Shown: positions 1-13,454, numbered from the stretch's first letter. The stretch is 64,000 nt of DNA from Mobula hypostoma (GCF_963921235.1 NC_086108.1:34970001-35034000); one strand, 5' to 3'. The notes: a model not told the origin generated them from the letters alone. Numbers and translations: made by a program.

Positions 1-329
1 ACGTCAGCACATCCTTTCTTAAATAAGGAGACCAAAACTGCCCACAGTACTCCAAGTGAGGTCTCACCAGCGCCTTATAGAGCCTCAACATCACATCCCT
101 GCTCCTATACTCTATTCCTCTAGAAATGAATGCCAACATTGCATTCGCCTTCTTCACTACTGACTCAGCCTGGAGGTTAACTTTAAGGGAATCCTGTACG
201 AGGACTCCCAAGTCCCGTTGCATCTCAGAACTTTGAATTCTTTCCCCATTTAAATAATAGTCTGCCCGTTTATTTTTTCTGCCAAAGTGCATAACCATAC
301 ACTTTCCAACATTGTACTTCATTTGCCAC
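1..329 (-). mobile_element. CR1-type LINE fragment
   Basis: Minus strand encodes the region after the RT core (WQMKYNVGKCMVMHFG...QRDLGVLVQ). Confidence 0.75.
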
Positions 330-667
330 AATTATTAAATAATAAAACTATCTAAAACACATTTGAGTGATATAAATTAATTTAAAACATGATGCAAAAA
401 AAAGAAAGATACCACACTGAGAGGAGCTGAGTCACATACAGTATGTAAATTCTGTTGAAATAATGTTGAGCAACTGCACACTATGTCACTGCAGAGGACA
501 TTGGAGCTGCACTCACTGGGAACTCAGGCGTGCTGGCACCTGACCTTCAGGAGTACCTCACTAATAAATCTCTACCAAACTATCAGAAAAGTATAAGAAC
601 GGTTTATCCCATTTTCATTTTCTACCTTTCAAAGTCCTCAAAATAATTGACACTCACATTATAAATA

Positions 668-2179
668 CAGTTGCAAGAAAAAGTTTCTGAACCCTTTACC
701 AGGTTTTCTGCATTAATCACTCATAAAATGTGGTCTGATCTTCATCTAAGTCACAACAATAGACAAACACAATCTGCCTAAACTAATAACACATAAACAA
801 TTGTACTTCTTGTCAATACTGAATACATTATTTAATCAATCACAGTCTAGATTCCAAGAATTATGTGAACCTCTACAAAAGCTAGCTGGAGTAAGGTGTT
901 CCAATCAATGAGATGACATTGGAGATGTGGTTTGTTGAGGTGCCTTGCCCTATAAAAAAGACATATAAAGTCAGGTTGCTGACAGAGACCCTCTTCTCAA
1001 GAAAGATCTGTTTTTGTGCAATTTGCCTTGATCAGCACAACTTCCAGAGGCCCTTCGAAGAATTGTAGAGATGCACAAATCAGGAAAAGGCTACAAAAAC
1101 ATCTCTAAAGACCTAAGTATTTATCAGTCCACAATAAGAGAAATTGGAGGAAATTTAGTACTGTTGCCACTGTCCCTAAGATTGGGTGTCCTGCAAAGAT
1201 CCACCAAGAGCAGAATGTGCAATGCTGAAGAAGGTGAAAAAGAACCCAAGGGTAACAGCAAAAGATCTGCAGAAATCTCTAGAACTTGCTAAAGTCTCTG
1301 TTCATGTGTCCACTGTAAGAAACACATTGATCAAGAATAATGTTCATGGAAGGACACCATGTAGAAAACCACTGCTCTCCAAAAAAAAACATTGCTGCAC
1401 GCCTCAAGTTAGCAAAAGATCACCTGAATGTTCCACAAAGTTTATGGGACAATGTTCTATGGACAGACCAGACAAAAATTGAACTTTGTGGCAGAATTGC
1501 ACAGTGCTATGTTTGGAAGAAAAAGGGCAGTGCACATCAACAATAAAACTTTGACCCAACTGTGAAGCATAGTGGAAGGAGTATCATGGTTTGGGACTGC
1601 TCTGCTGCCTCAGGGCTTGAACATCTTGCAATTGTTGAGGGAATAATGAATTCAAAATTGTATCAAGACATTATACAGGAGAATGTCAGGGTAGTGGTCC
1701 ATCACCTGAGACTTAATAGAAATTGGATGATGCAACAAGACAATGATCTGAAACACAAGATTAAATCAACAACAGAATGGTTTAAAAAGAAGAAAATTTC
1801 TGCTATGGAATGGCCACGTCAAAGTCCAGACCTTAACCCAATTGAGATGCTGTTGCATGACCTGAAGAGGGATGTTCATGCAAGGTATCACAGAAATATT
1901 GATGAACTGAAACAGTTTTGTATGGAGGAATAGCGACGAAGCAGGTTCTACTAGTACTAAGTACAAGGGTTCACATACTTATTCCAGCCTGGACTGTGAA
2001 TGATTAAAAAATGTGTTAAATACAGACATGAAAAGTACAATTGTTTGTGTGTTAATAGTTTAGGCAGATTGTGTTTGTCTATTATGGTGACTTAAATGAT
2101 GATCAGACCACATTTTATGAGTAATCAATCCAGAAGACCAGGTAGCTGCAAAGGATTCACAAACTTTTTGTTGCAACTA
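668..2179 (+). mobile_element. Near full-length decayed Tc1 transposon with ~210-bp IR/DR-type TIRs
   Basis: TA flanks. TIRs 668-~875 and ~1965-2179 are reverse complements. Frameshifted transposase 1071-1933 with HTH (GKGYKNISK), WTDQTK, QQDND.KH and SPDLNPIE catalytic motifs. Confidence 0.95.
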
Positions 2180-2369
2180 TACATAAGATTCAGTCTTTTG
2201 GCTTTTTACTTTAATTTCTTGCATCAAGAATGGAGCTAAATAAATTTGGCAACCAGCTTTTTCAAAGAGAGTTAAAGTAAATACAGGAAGTGAAACATGG
2301 GAATATAGATATTTGAAAGTGGCAGAACAAATTGGGAAGGTTGTTGAGGAGGAATGCAAGTTTATTAAT

Positions 2370-3850
2370 AGAAACATAGAAAACCTACAGCACAATACAG
2401 GCCCTTCAGCCCACAAAGCTGTGCCGAACATGTCCTTACCTTAGAAATTACCTACGGTTACCCACAGCCCTCTATATTTCTGAGCTCTGTGTACCTGTCC
2501 AGGAGTCTTTTAAAAGATCCTATCATATCCGCCTCCACCACTGTCACCGGCAGCCCATTCCACGCACTCACCACTCTGAGTAAAAAACTTACCCTTGCCA
2601 TCTCCTCCGTACCTACTTCCAAGCACCTTAAAACTGTGCCCTCTCGTGCTAGCCATTTCAGCCCTGGAAAAAGCCTCTGACTATCCACACGATCAATGCC
2701 TCTCATCATCTTTTACACCTCTATCAGGTCACCTCTCATCCTCCGTCGCTCCAAAGAAAAAAGGCCAAGTTCACTCAACCTATTCTCATAAGGCGTGCTC
2801 CTCAATCCTGGCAACATCCTTGTAAATCTCCTCTGCACCCTTTCTGTGGTTTCCACGTCTTTCCTGCAGTGAGGTGACCAGAACTGAGCACAGTACTCCA
2901 AGCGGGGCCTGACCAGGGTCCTATATAGTTACAAAATTACTTCTCGGCTCCTAAATTTGATGAAGGCCAATACACCGTATGCTAGCTTAACCACAGAGTC
3001 AACCTGTGCAGCAGTTTTGAGTGTCCTATGGACTCGGACCCCAAGATCCCTCTGATCCTCCACACTGCCAAGAGTCTTACCAATAATACTATATTCTGCC
3101 ATCATATTTGACCTACCAAAATGAACCACCTCACACTTATCTGGATTGAACTCCATCTGCCACTTCTCAGCCCAGTTTTGCATCCTACCAATGTCCTGCT
3201 GCAACCTCCGACAGCCCTCCACACTATCCACAACACCCCCAACCTTTGTGTCTTCAGCAAATTTACTAACCCATCCCTCCACTTCTTCATCCAGGTCATT
3301 TATAAAAATCACGAAGAGCAGGGGTCCCAGAACAGATCCCTGAGGCACACCAGTGGTCACCGACCTCCATGCAGAATATGATCCATCTACAACCACTCTT
3401 TGCCTTCTGTGGGCAAGCCAGTTCTGGTTCCACAAAGCAATATCCTCTTAGATCCCATGCCTCCTTACTTTCTCAATAATCTTTGCGTGGGGTACCTTGT
3501 CAAATGCCTTGCCGAAATCCATATACACTACACCTACTGCTCTACCTTCAACAATGTGTTTAGTCACATCCTCAAAAAATTCAATCAGGCTCGTAAGGCA
3601 CGACCTGCCTTTCACAAAGCCATGCTGACTATTCCTAATCAAATTATGCCTCTCCAAATGTTCATAAATCCTTCCTCTCAGGATCTTCTCCATCAACTTA
3701 CCAACCGTTGAAGTAAGACTCACTGGTCTATTATTTCCTAGGTTATCTCTACTCTCTTTCTTGAATAATGGAACAACAGCCGCAACCCTCCAATCCTCCG
3801 GAACCTTTCCCATCCCCATTGCTGATGCAAAGATCACTGCCAGAGGCTCA
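2370..3850 (-). mobile_element. 5'-truncated CR1 LINE (RT, 3' UTR and tail)
   Basis: ORFs 3448-3837, 2929-3435 and 2713-2901 carry RPVSLTS, YMDF.KAFDKVPH, GVPQGSVLGP, KFAEDTK and [10 protein letters not shown]; short TTTCTATG tail. Confidence 0.93.
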
Positions 3851-4469
3851 TTGGAACAAACCTATGCAGGATTCCACACAAATATCTCCTGAACATTTAC
3901 CACATTTCTTCTGTACATTTCCCTGATAACATCTGTTCCCAATTTATGCTTCCAAGTTCCTGCCTGATAGCCTCATATTTCCTCTTACTCCAATTAATAG
4001 ATGCATATTAGAGAAAACATTAGTAAGAAAGACCTGGAGATCAGAGCCAATGAAAGAAGGCAGATTCAGTTCCAAATCAGACTGCTGTGGGACTTGTAGC
4101 AGAACATGTAGGAAGTAACATTCCCAAACACCTGCAATTCTTACCCTAAATAGTAGAGGTCTAGGGTTTCATTACTGCTGTTGAAGTAACCTGGGTTAGT
4201 AACTGCAATGGATTTTGAAGAATGCATATACCAGAATCCTGGTGTAATGATCATGGAGGGAATGAACATTTAGGGTATTTCTGACCTGCTCATGTAATCA
4301 TAGTATTTATGTGGCTGATTCATTTGAGTTTTAGCAAAGTGTTAGTAATGACTCGGGATGGCAATTCAATGGAATATCAATCTCTGGTAGTTTCTTAACT
4401 AGAGATAGGGTTACTGGTCACTCAAATGTTATTTGCCAGTTATCAACTCATCACTGAATGTTCTACAGG

Positions 4470-4910
4470 CTATAGGATCACATGCACAACATTTTAGAGA
4501 TGGAGGGAGAGCAAGCAGATGTCTTAGTACATATTGGTACCAATGGCATAGGAACGAAAAGCAAAGAGGTCCTGAAAAGAGAATTTAGAGAGCTAGGTAG
4601 AAAGCTGAGGAGAAGGACCTCCTGGGTAGTAATTTCTGGATTGCTGCCTGTGCCACGTGCCAGTGAGGGTAGAAACACGATAATTTGGCAAATTAATGCA
4701 TAACTGATAAGCCGGTTCAGGGGGCAGCGCTTCAGGTTCTTGGATCATTGGGATCTCTTCTGGGGGAGGAATGGCCTGTTCAAAAGTGACGGGTTGCACC
4801 TGAACCCCAGGGGGACCAATATTCTCACAGGCAGGATGAGCCATGATTGAATGGCGGAGCAGGCTCAGAAGACCAAATGGCCTAATTCTGGCCCAATGTC
4901 TAATGGTGTT
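4470..4910 (+). mobile_element. CR1 ORF1 SGNH-esterase fragment joined to a CR1-type 3' end
   Basis: VLVHIGTN...VVISGLLPVPRAS...DGLHLN esterase motifs, typical of CR1 ORF1. Confidence 0.75.
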
Positions 4911-5998
4911 TACTGCAAAGAGTCATAAGCTGCTCCATTTTCATAAGAGTTACAAGTGGAAATGTTTCATGGTGGGGATGAATGCAAAGAGTGTTTGGAT
5001 CTTTATTATGGAAATGCAAGAAGGCTCCACCTGCTAAGAATTCACCCAAGTCTTAGAGACTGCAGATGACCCTACAATGGATGGCAATAATGAAACAGCT
5101 GAAGATTTTGCCTAGTATACTGCCCCAAGGGTTCTCATGTACAAGACTGAACGACTGGCATCCAACAACTACAACCCCCTTTGCTTTGTGCTAAATATGA
5201 CTTAAATCATTGGAGCGCTAACAGTTATGCAGAAAGGCAGAATTGTTCTCTGCCTGGAAATAAGGAGGCTAGATATGTTCAAAGTCACAAGAGTTTTTTT
5301 GTTATTGAGGAAAAGGAAAATGTTTCCAGTGACAAAAGGGTAGGTGACCCAAGGATAGATTTTAAACAATTGACTGTTAAAATAATTTTTCTCATGCAGA
5401 TGGAATTGACCTCTAATAAACTACTTGAATGAAAGGTGAAGGACTTTTAAACTTAATGGATAGCAATTTTAAATCACAGGTGAAAGAGTTGACTCCTCCA
5501 CCCCTCCTCCACATTGCTTCCTTTATTTCTAACAAGTTAGATGTACTAAAACTGGGTCCAGACACCAAAAAGTTTCTTTGGAGAAGTTCAGGACTGTCAT
5601 GCCTTTGGATACAGTTGAAATCTGTATTAGGAGCTCACAACCAACTTGTCTTATGCTAGTGAGTGAATAACAACCAATGACATTCAAAGGTTTTGTTAAT
5701 AGTAATAATATAACTTTCTATGATATTGTGATTTAAATGTGCTACATTGAATATTTTTGATTTTTTTTATAAATAAAGTATATTTTCAAATAAAAACAAG
5801 AGCCCAAAGGCTATTATTGCAAGTTGCTTTTGGGGTTTTACAAATAAATTGCCTAAGTAGCATTGCTCATGTAAGGTTCTATTCCAAACTGCCCTGCTGC
5901 CTTACTCAAGAGATCACCTTTACTCCCAGAAATATACTATATTTGTTATTATAAAAATAGAAGCAATATGCAACATTTTAAGGTAAATGTTTATTTAC

Positions 5999-6087
5999 CT
6001 GGCCTTTACCAGGGTTCTCCTTTGGGACAAGCAGACTCATAACTGGTCCAAACTTCTGACATTCTTCCCTCACATCTTCTACGACAT
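5999..6087 (-). CDS. UHMK1: UHMK1 exon 7 (UHM domain); final exon not found in window
   Basis: 89 nt, AG/GT. (D)VVEDVREECQKFGPVMSLLVPKENPGKGQ. Confidence 0.96.
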
Positions 6088-6138
6088 CTGTTTGGAAAAG
6101 AAATACTAGATTTTAAACAAAATTCAAATGCAGTAATA

Positions 6139-6614
6139 CACTCAGTGGCCATTTTATTAAGTACACCTGTACTTCTACTTGTTAATGTAAATATCTAATC
6201 AGCCAACCATGTAGTACAACTCAATGCATCAAAACATGCAGACAAGGTCTAGAGGTTCAGTTATTGTTCAGACCAAGTATCAGAATTGGGAAGAAAAGTG
6301 ATCTAAGTGACTTTGACTGTGAAATGATTGTTAGTGCCAGATGGGATGGTTTGAGTATCTCAGAAACTGCTGATCTCCTGGGATTTTCACACACAACAGT
6401 GTCCAGAGTTTAGAGACTGGTTCAAGATGACAGGAATGTGACCATAACTCAAATAACCATGCATTATAACAGTGGAGTATAGAAGAACATCTCTGAACAT
6501 TCAACACGCTGAACCTTGAAGTGAGTGGCTATGGCAGCAGAAGACAAACAAACATATACTCAGTAGGCACTTTATTAGTTACAGGGGGTACCTAATAAAA
6601 GTGCCCACTGAGTG
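6139..6614 (+). mobile_element. Non-autonomous Tc1 derivative
   Basis: TA|CACTCAGTGGCC...GCCCACTGAGTG|TA termini; internal remnant of the transposase N-terminus (GLSISETADLLGFSHTTVSRV). Confidence 0.85.
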
Positions 6615-6706
6615 TATCTTACAAATAACTAACCTTCATTTCTTTCTAATATTATTGAATTATTTAGAAACTACTTCCATAAGTCAAAAAGAAAGCACGA
6701 ACTGAC

Positions 6707-6805
6707 CTTCATATTCTTCTTCACTTTGAAGGTGGTTGTCATCAATAACATTTAGCAGTCTCAACACCGGGGTTGGAAGCATAACCAAATCTTCAATATG
6801 GGGGG
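6707..6805 (-). CDS. UHMK1: UHMK1 exon 6 (start of UHM domain)
   Basis: 99 nt, AG/GT. (A)PHIEDLVMLPTPVLRLLNVIDDNHLQSEEEYE. Confidence 0.96.
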
Positions 6806-7018
6806 CTAGTAATGAAAAATTATATGACAAAGATTTTATTTTGACTGTCGATATTATCACAGTTCAGGGTAAGGAGCTACATTTTTCTGATACATATAAG
6901 GAATTGCGATGGAGTAAAAGATTAAGATGCTTTGCTAAACTCATTCCAAGGGTTCTTCATAAAAGAAAAGGGGATGGAAGTAAAGGCATTTCTATCCCAA
7001 AAATATGACTGAACCTTA

Positions 7019-7726
7019 CGTAAGGGGGTTTCGATTTTTATGTTACTGCGGAGGCGAATTAAAATGGCGTCTTTGTTATGTTAATATGAGGAATGCGGCT
7101 TTGTTGTCTTAAACGCTGAGAAAGTTTGCGCTAGCAGCTTGTTGTGGTTTAGAGGGTGATAAGAAATACGTTATTAACCAATTGGGATAGTTGTTATGGT
7201 TTTGGTGTATTTGAAGATACTGATGCGCGGGGTTTTGGGGCAGAAGGCGGGAGAGCGAGACAGAGGATGGACGAGGTGCTGTGAGTCCGCTAATGGGGTC
7301 GGACCCCGAGCGGGACGTTCGGCAAGGAGACGGAGACGGAGACGGAGACGGATTCATGTGGAGCATCTGGTCGACCACCGTTGTTGGTCCCAGGCGGCCG
7401 GTCGAGGTGGTCCGAGGGGGTCGCAGGGTGAAGAAGAAGGTCCTTGAGCCCCAACGGGTTTTTTGTGCACGAAGAGATTGAACTTTGATAAGTGTGGCGC
7501 CTTTTATTTTCCTTTTATATTTTATTCTCTTTTAATTATATAGTTCCAGTAATATCTATAAACTGTAAATCATTTAATTGCATCTGGTGTCTTGTCTGTT
7601 ATTTGGGCGGGGTGAGGTACCTCACACAGCATCCACACAAACTAATTACCCAGTTTGGCGGGGCCGAGGCTGTTTCCCTAGACAACAGCGAGCCGAGCGA
7701 CCCTGAGGGTGGTCAGGGGGGCTACA
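7019..7726. mobile_element. Solo LTR (retrotransposon or ERV)
   Basis: GC/CpG-rich block in an AT-rich intron. Ends (C)GTAAG...CTACA (TG...CA with one change); imperfect 4-bp TSD CTTA/CTTG; internal (GGAGAC)n; no ORF. Confidence 0.65.
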
Positions 7727-8041
7727 CTTGCAGTGCAAACTAATGTGGATTTTCACACAACAGCGCCGATCAAACATGACACATTTGTAATTGCTCCTTA
7801 ATTGATGATAATTTAAATTACAACTTTCATTTATTTTTCTTATCAGGATAAGAATGGATGGCTAAGCTGTACAAACGATGAAAGGAACACAAAAATCTCA
7901 CATTTTCAGATTAAAATTTCAGTTGCAATCTAATTCATAATACAGTTGTATTAAAATGTAAATTCAATAGTTTTATGTACGCACATAGCACTGGTTTTGG
8001 ATTCTTACCAATATGCAATTCATAAAGGACACTGAACTTAC

Positions 8042-8118
8042 CAAAGGGAATACTGAAGAACGGGTTGTATAGAGCACTTTCTGCTGTTACTCTTTGTGCT
8101 GGGTCATCATGAAGCATA
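8042..8118 (-). CDS. UHMK1: UHMK1 exon 5
   Basis: 77 nt, AG/GT. MLHDDPAQRVTAESALYNPFFSIPF (kinase subdomain XI). Confidence 0.95.
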
Positions 8119-8571
8119 CTGTAATTTAAATAATGGAAGGTGAAAAATGTGGCAATGAAGTATTTTTTTATATAAACAAGTATCCTGCTGTGGGTTGAAT
8201 ATAATTATTTTCACCCATGCACAATGATGTACTTTAACATTTCTAATATCACTATAGAAGCTTTCTGAATCAATATCAGAACTGATTTTTTTTTAAATTT
8301 CAGTTACTTTCTATAATAAAGCATGATTATTATATAGGGATAGTGTTATCTTACAAAACACTTGCTTTAATAATATTAATATTCATCCAGTTAGCAAAGA
8401 CTTCCCACTCAGTTATGTTTGGAAATCTACTACAGGTGACTTCTGTGCTACAGTGTGGGGGCAGGAGGAAGGGACTGTGTTCTACAAAATGGTTTACATC
8501 ATGATTTTTTGTAACATGAAGGATCACATGCTTGCATCCAGAAAACTGAGTTTATTTACTTTTTCCATATA

Positions 8572-9990
8572 CAGGTTTCCCCCGCCATCCGAAGGCATAG
8601 CGTTCCTATGAAATGGTTCGTAAGCCAGAATGTCGTAAAGTGAAGAAGCAATTACCATTTATTTATATGGGAAAAATTTGTGAGCATTCGCAGACCCAAA
8701 AAATAACCTACCAAATCATGCCAAATAACACATAAAACCTAAAATAACAGTAACATATAGTGAAAGCAGGAATGATATGATAAATGCACAGCCTATATAA
8801 AGTAGAAATACTTTTCCACAATCATTGCCGAACTGTCCACCGTAGCGAAAATCTCACGCAAGTGCTCTCGGCAGAAACACTCTCTCCAGTAACCTTTAAG
8901 CTATGAAGCTGCCAAATCATACCAAATAACACATAAAAATACACAGCCTATATAAAGTAGAAATAAAGTATGTACAGTGTAGTATCACTTACCGGAATCG
9001 GGAAGACAGTGCCAAGCACACTGATGATGGTGTGTTAGGCTGAGTTGTCGGAGGTTGGGGTGGTGCAGTGGACCCCAACCTCCAGGCTGCCAACGCAATC
9101 GGCAATCGCCTCTGATCTGGGCCGACATTTACGTGCCGGGCGGCACCTAATTAATTAGCTTGTTTATTTCGGCTTTTTTCTTAAAGATGTGCTGGGTACA
9201 TCCCGGCTACCGCTGCACCGCTGCATTCTTTGCAGCCCGGTATCGGTCCGCGGCCCGGATGTTGGGGTGGGGTGGGACACTGGGGTGTCATGTCATCGTC
9301 GTAAGTTTCCATCAGGGCAGGCAGGTCATCTTCTTTTATGCCTAGCTGCCTCAATGTCGAAGGTCGAGGTTCGTCGTCTGCTGTGGCTGATGTGGAAGGC
9401 TTGAAAACAACAGTATGCTTGACTGCTCAGCCTCGCGCATTTTTCTATCATACAGTTCTTTGTATGCACTCAAACCATCCTGCAAATACGCCCTAAACCT
9501 AAGTACCCTTTCAAAATTAAAGTTGTATTTTTCTGCAATCATTGCAGTGAAAATCTCAAGCAGCTGCTTCACGTTCAGTTCCTGGACGACTTCACTTTCC
9601 GTCTGTTTGCTACTGCATTCGGTTTCGATTGTTATCCTTTCCTCTTTCAAATGCATCAGCTCTTCATCTATCAGTTCTTGGTCATGGGATGCCAAAACTT
9701 CTTCAACATCATCTTCGTCAACTTCCACAAGCCAAACTCACTTTGTCCTTACTTCGTTCACCACGATTGAAATGCTTAATTATGTCTAGTTTTACGCTAA
9801 GTGTAACACCCTTACGGGCTCTTTTAGGCTTTTCCGATACCTTAGAACTCATCTTGCTAACGAATGCTCTAAATAAATCAACATAATGCAAAGATGCTCA
9901 CAGGCAAGTGTTTAAGCAATGCAGGCTAGAATGCCGTTCCGGGGGAGGAGCTTGGCTGCATGGGGCGCGCGCTGCCTTTTTTCTAAATAG
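8572..9990 (-). mobile_element. Internally deleted Tigger/pogo-like transposon
   Basis: TA|CAGGTT terminus. Minus strand has a CENP-B-type start (MSSKVSEKPKRARKGVTLSVKLDIIKHFNRGERSKD) abutting the acidic Tigger C-terminus (EVDEDDVEEVLASHDQELIDEELMHL); DDE domain missing. Confidence 0.8.
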
Positions 9991-10465
9991 TGAAAACTGG
10001 TAATTTTTTTGACTGAGGAGCTACTTAAAAAGAGTAAAATTCACATTAAGTTATCTGTATTGTACTGAAATAATTTAAAGTAGGGACAATCATTTCAGTT
10101 TTGGCTCATTGGACGTAGTCTCACCTCTGAGTTAGTGGTTGTGAATTAAGCCACTCCAGTAACTTAAATAATCTAGTTTAACATATTTAATAAAACAGTA
10201 ACCTTTATATATTTTGTTCTTGTTATCCCTCACAGCAAATGCTTATAAATATTAAGATTGGCTGAATTAACACTACTAGCTATAACATTTGTCTTTAAAA
10301 CACTCTTATTCATTATCTTTCCATAGTTTGATATAGCACAGATATTTTTCCTGTCCCAAAAAGCGCATACACATGTATAACTTTCATTTTATTTAAGTGA
10401 ATAGCAACATCCATTTAAATAAAGAAAAGATCTTAGTTAGCAAATATTAGAGGATGATAATTTAC

Positions 10466-10560
10466 CTTTTAATAACATCTCTGAGGTGATAAACTGGGAT
10501 AGCTGAATATACCATATCTTTACTTGCAAAAATGGAATCTATGATAGCAGAACTGTTGGC
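10466..10560 (-). CDS. UHMK1: UHMK1 exon 4
   Basis: 95 nt, AG/GT. ANSSAIIDSIFASKDMVYSAIPVYHLRDVIK(S); phases fit neighbouring exons. Confidence 0.95.
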
Positions 10561-11544
10561 CTAGACAGAACAGAACAAAAATGATTAGATCAGAAAACAG
10601 AAGTTTTGAGTGAAATCATAAAAAACAAATCAATCTTTTTTTAAAAATTGGAGAAAAATTACTATGTTATTATTTCCCATATTTTGCCCAATTCCACTCA
10701 TGAGCCTCTCTCACGTGTTACTTCAAAATAAAAATTTTAAATTAGATGTGTTTGTGGGAAATGAAAAACACTCTGGCAGATGCTCAATAGTGGAAATTAT
10801 TTACAATCTACAATATAATTATATTGTATATTATTGCATTTATATTTGCAATATAAAATATCCATCCCCCTGTGTAACCATCTACACTATCTACAACACA
10901 ACCTACCTCAGTATCATCAGCAAACTTTCTAAGCATGCTTTGTGCATTCACATTTGTAATTATATAAATTACAAACAACAAAGGTCCCTGCATCGACCCC
11001 TGTGGCACACTACTAGACCCAAGTTTCCAGTCTGAGAAACAATCCTCAAGCATCACTCTCAGCTCCCCATCATTGAGCCAATTCCTTGCCAGCTCCCCTG
11101 AACCCTATGCAACCTGCAACCTCATCTTGCATTATCAGCTTACCAAGTGGGACCTTGTCAAAGTTAATACATACAAAATCTACTACTGACCCTTGTTGAT
11201 ATCTCCTCAAAAAACTCCAAGAGATTTGTCAGACATGATTTCACATGCACAAAGCCATGTTGACTGTCCCAAATCAGATCCTGTCCTTCAGAATCCCCTC
11301 CAGCAATTTACCCACCACTAATGTCAGATTTACTGGCCCATAGATTCCTGTCTTGTTTTTGCTACCCCTTTAAAACACTAATACCACATCAGCCACTCTC
11401 CAAGCCATTGCAATTTCACCTGTGGCCAAAGATGGAGCAAGAAATCTCCATAAGGGCCTCCGCAATTTCTTCTCTAGCTTCCCACAAGGTCCGAGAATGC
11501 ACCAGATCAAGTACTGGAGATTTATCCACCTCAGTGAACTTCAA

Positions 11545-11785
11545 AACTCTGCCGTGGATGGTCCCAAACCAGGCTGCAAAAGGAGGAGGACCGATCATGG
11601 GGCTAGCAACTCCATCCTGTAAAACCCAGAGCTACAGAAACACCAACAGAAGCTCCAAAGACCTCGTCCTGGGAGATGAAGAATTCTAAACACCTGGAAA
11701 CAACTTGAAAGTGGCCAAGGACAGAGGACTTGGGACAAGCTACTGTCACTGGCCTATGCCCAGTAAGAGTGATGGGCTTGAGAAG
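11545..11785 (+). mobile_element. RTE-derived non-autonomous element nested in CR1
   Basis: RTE-like 5' UTR phrase (GGGGCTAGCAACTCCATCCTGTAAAA) joined to an RTE-like 3' end. Confidence 0.45.
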
Positions 11786-12289
11786 AATGCACTCGGCCTC
11801 CAATGTTCCACCCTGTTCATTCATATGAGGTTTAAAACAACACCACTTATTTTCCCCATTTCTGTTATTGCCATTGGTTTAACTCCATGAAAAACTGGAG
11901 AAATAAAATATTCATTAAAAATCTTACCCATTTCCTTTAGTCCCACAAAGGGCCTGCTGATCTTTAAAGGGATTTACTCTCTCCCAAGTCATCCTTCTGA
12001 TATACCTACAGAATTTCTTTGGATTAGGTCTCACTTTATCTGCTAGATTCTTCTCATATCCTACTTTCTGCCCTCCTAACTTCTCTCTTAAGTGCATTCC
12101 TATACCACTTGTAGCCATCGAGATATTTACAAGTTCCCAATTGTTCATGCGCAGTAATTGCCTCTTTCTTTTTCTTAACCAGGACTCAAAATCTCTTGTC
12201 AACCATAGTGTCTGAAACCTGTTGGTCTTGCCCTTCACCCATGCAGGCCCTGAACTCGTGACCTTAAAGCCTTTCACTGAGCTCCCAAA

Positions 12290-12750
12290 TGCTGTGGCAG
12301 ATAAGCAGTATCTATTATCAGGGACCCCCACCACCTAGGACATGTTCTCTTCTTGCTGCTGTGTTGCTGCCATCAAGAAGGTACAGGAACCTCAGGACTC
12401 ATACTACCAGGTTCAGGAACAGTTACTACTTCTCGATCATCAGGCTCTTACTTCACTTGCCCGATCACTAAAATGTTCCCACAACCAATGGACTCACTTT
12501 CAAAGAGTCTTCATTTCATGGTCTTGATATTTATTGTTTATTTATTAATTATTATTATTTCCTTCTTTTTGTATTTGCACAGCTTGTTGCCTTTTGCACA
12601 CCGATTGACCACCCAAGTTGGTGTAGTTTTTCACTGATTCTGTCATGGTTATTATTCCATAATTATTCAGTATGCCCACAAGAAAATGAATCTCGGGACT
12701 ATATATGGTGATACACATGTTCTTTGATAATAAATTTACTTCTAACAATT
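12290..12750 (+). mobile_element. Rex1/Babar LINE 3' fragment
   Basis: LLPS.RRYRNLRTHTTRFRNSY..IIRLL C-terminal motif, then 3' UTR with AATAAA. Confidence 0.75.
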
Positions 12751-13454
12751 TCACCTGATCAACCCCTGCAAGATCCTGTCTAATGGCTCTAAAATTTGCT
12801 CAGCTCTAGTTCCTGGATCCCCAGCAATGGAATCCACAGTATCCTTCTCCACAACTATTTTAAATCTAAGGGAATTATGGTCACTGTATCTAAAATGTTC
12901 GCTGACAGACAATTCCTCCACATGCCTTACCTTATTACTACCTACAAGGAGAAGGCAACATCTATTGTCAACAATCCCTACTATCCAGGCTATACCATCT
13001 TGCAACTACCGCTGGGCAGAAACATGAAGTTCACACCATCAGTTTCAAGAATGGCTATTTCCTTTCAACCATTTGGTTCTAATCACTACAGTTTAATAAC
13101 ACTAGGACAACTTTGATCACTACACTAAAATGGATTTTGTGTTTTTTTAATTCTAGTTGTGTTCTTTCTTGGAAAAAATATGCCTAATTTATATTTAATT
13201 TGTTTTTCTTGTGAATACTGCTTGCTTTTCTTTTGCATATTCCACTTGTGCACATCCAAATAAACTTGACTAAACTAATTTCCCAAGGGGTGCCCTAGTG
13301 TTGAAACCCACTCTAGTAGTTCCCTCAATATATTAATAAAAAGCTTTCTTGGGCATATTTCACACAATCCACTCTGTCCATACCATTCATACTGCCAACA
13401 ACACGGAGGTTAAAATCTTTAAAAGATTTTAAAGATTAGCTTTGTTTGTCATAT

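Larger units (their letters stand above)
10860..12930 (-). mobile_element. Old fragmented CR1 LINE with nested insertions
   Basis: SVPQGS.QGPLLF, KFADDT, LWEAREEIAEAL and NPKKF motifs on the minus strand. Confidence 0.7.
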
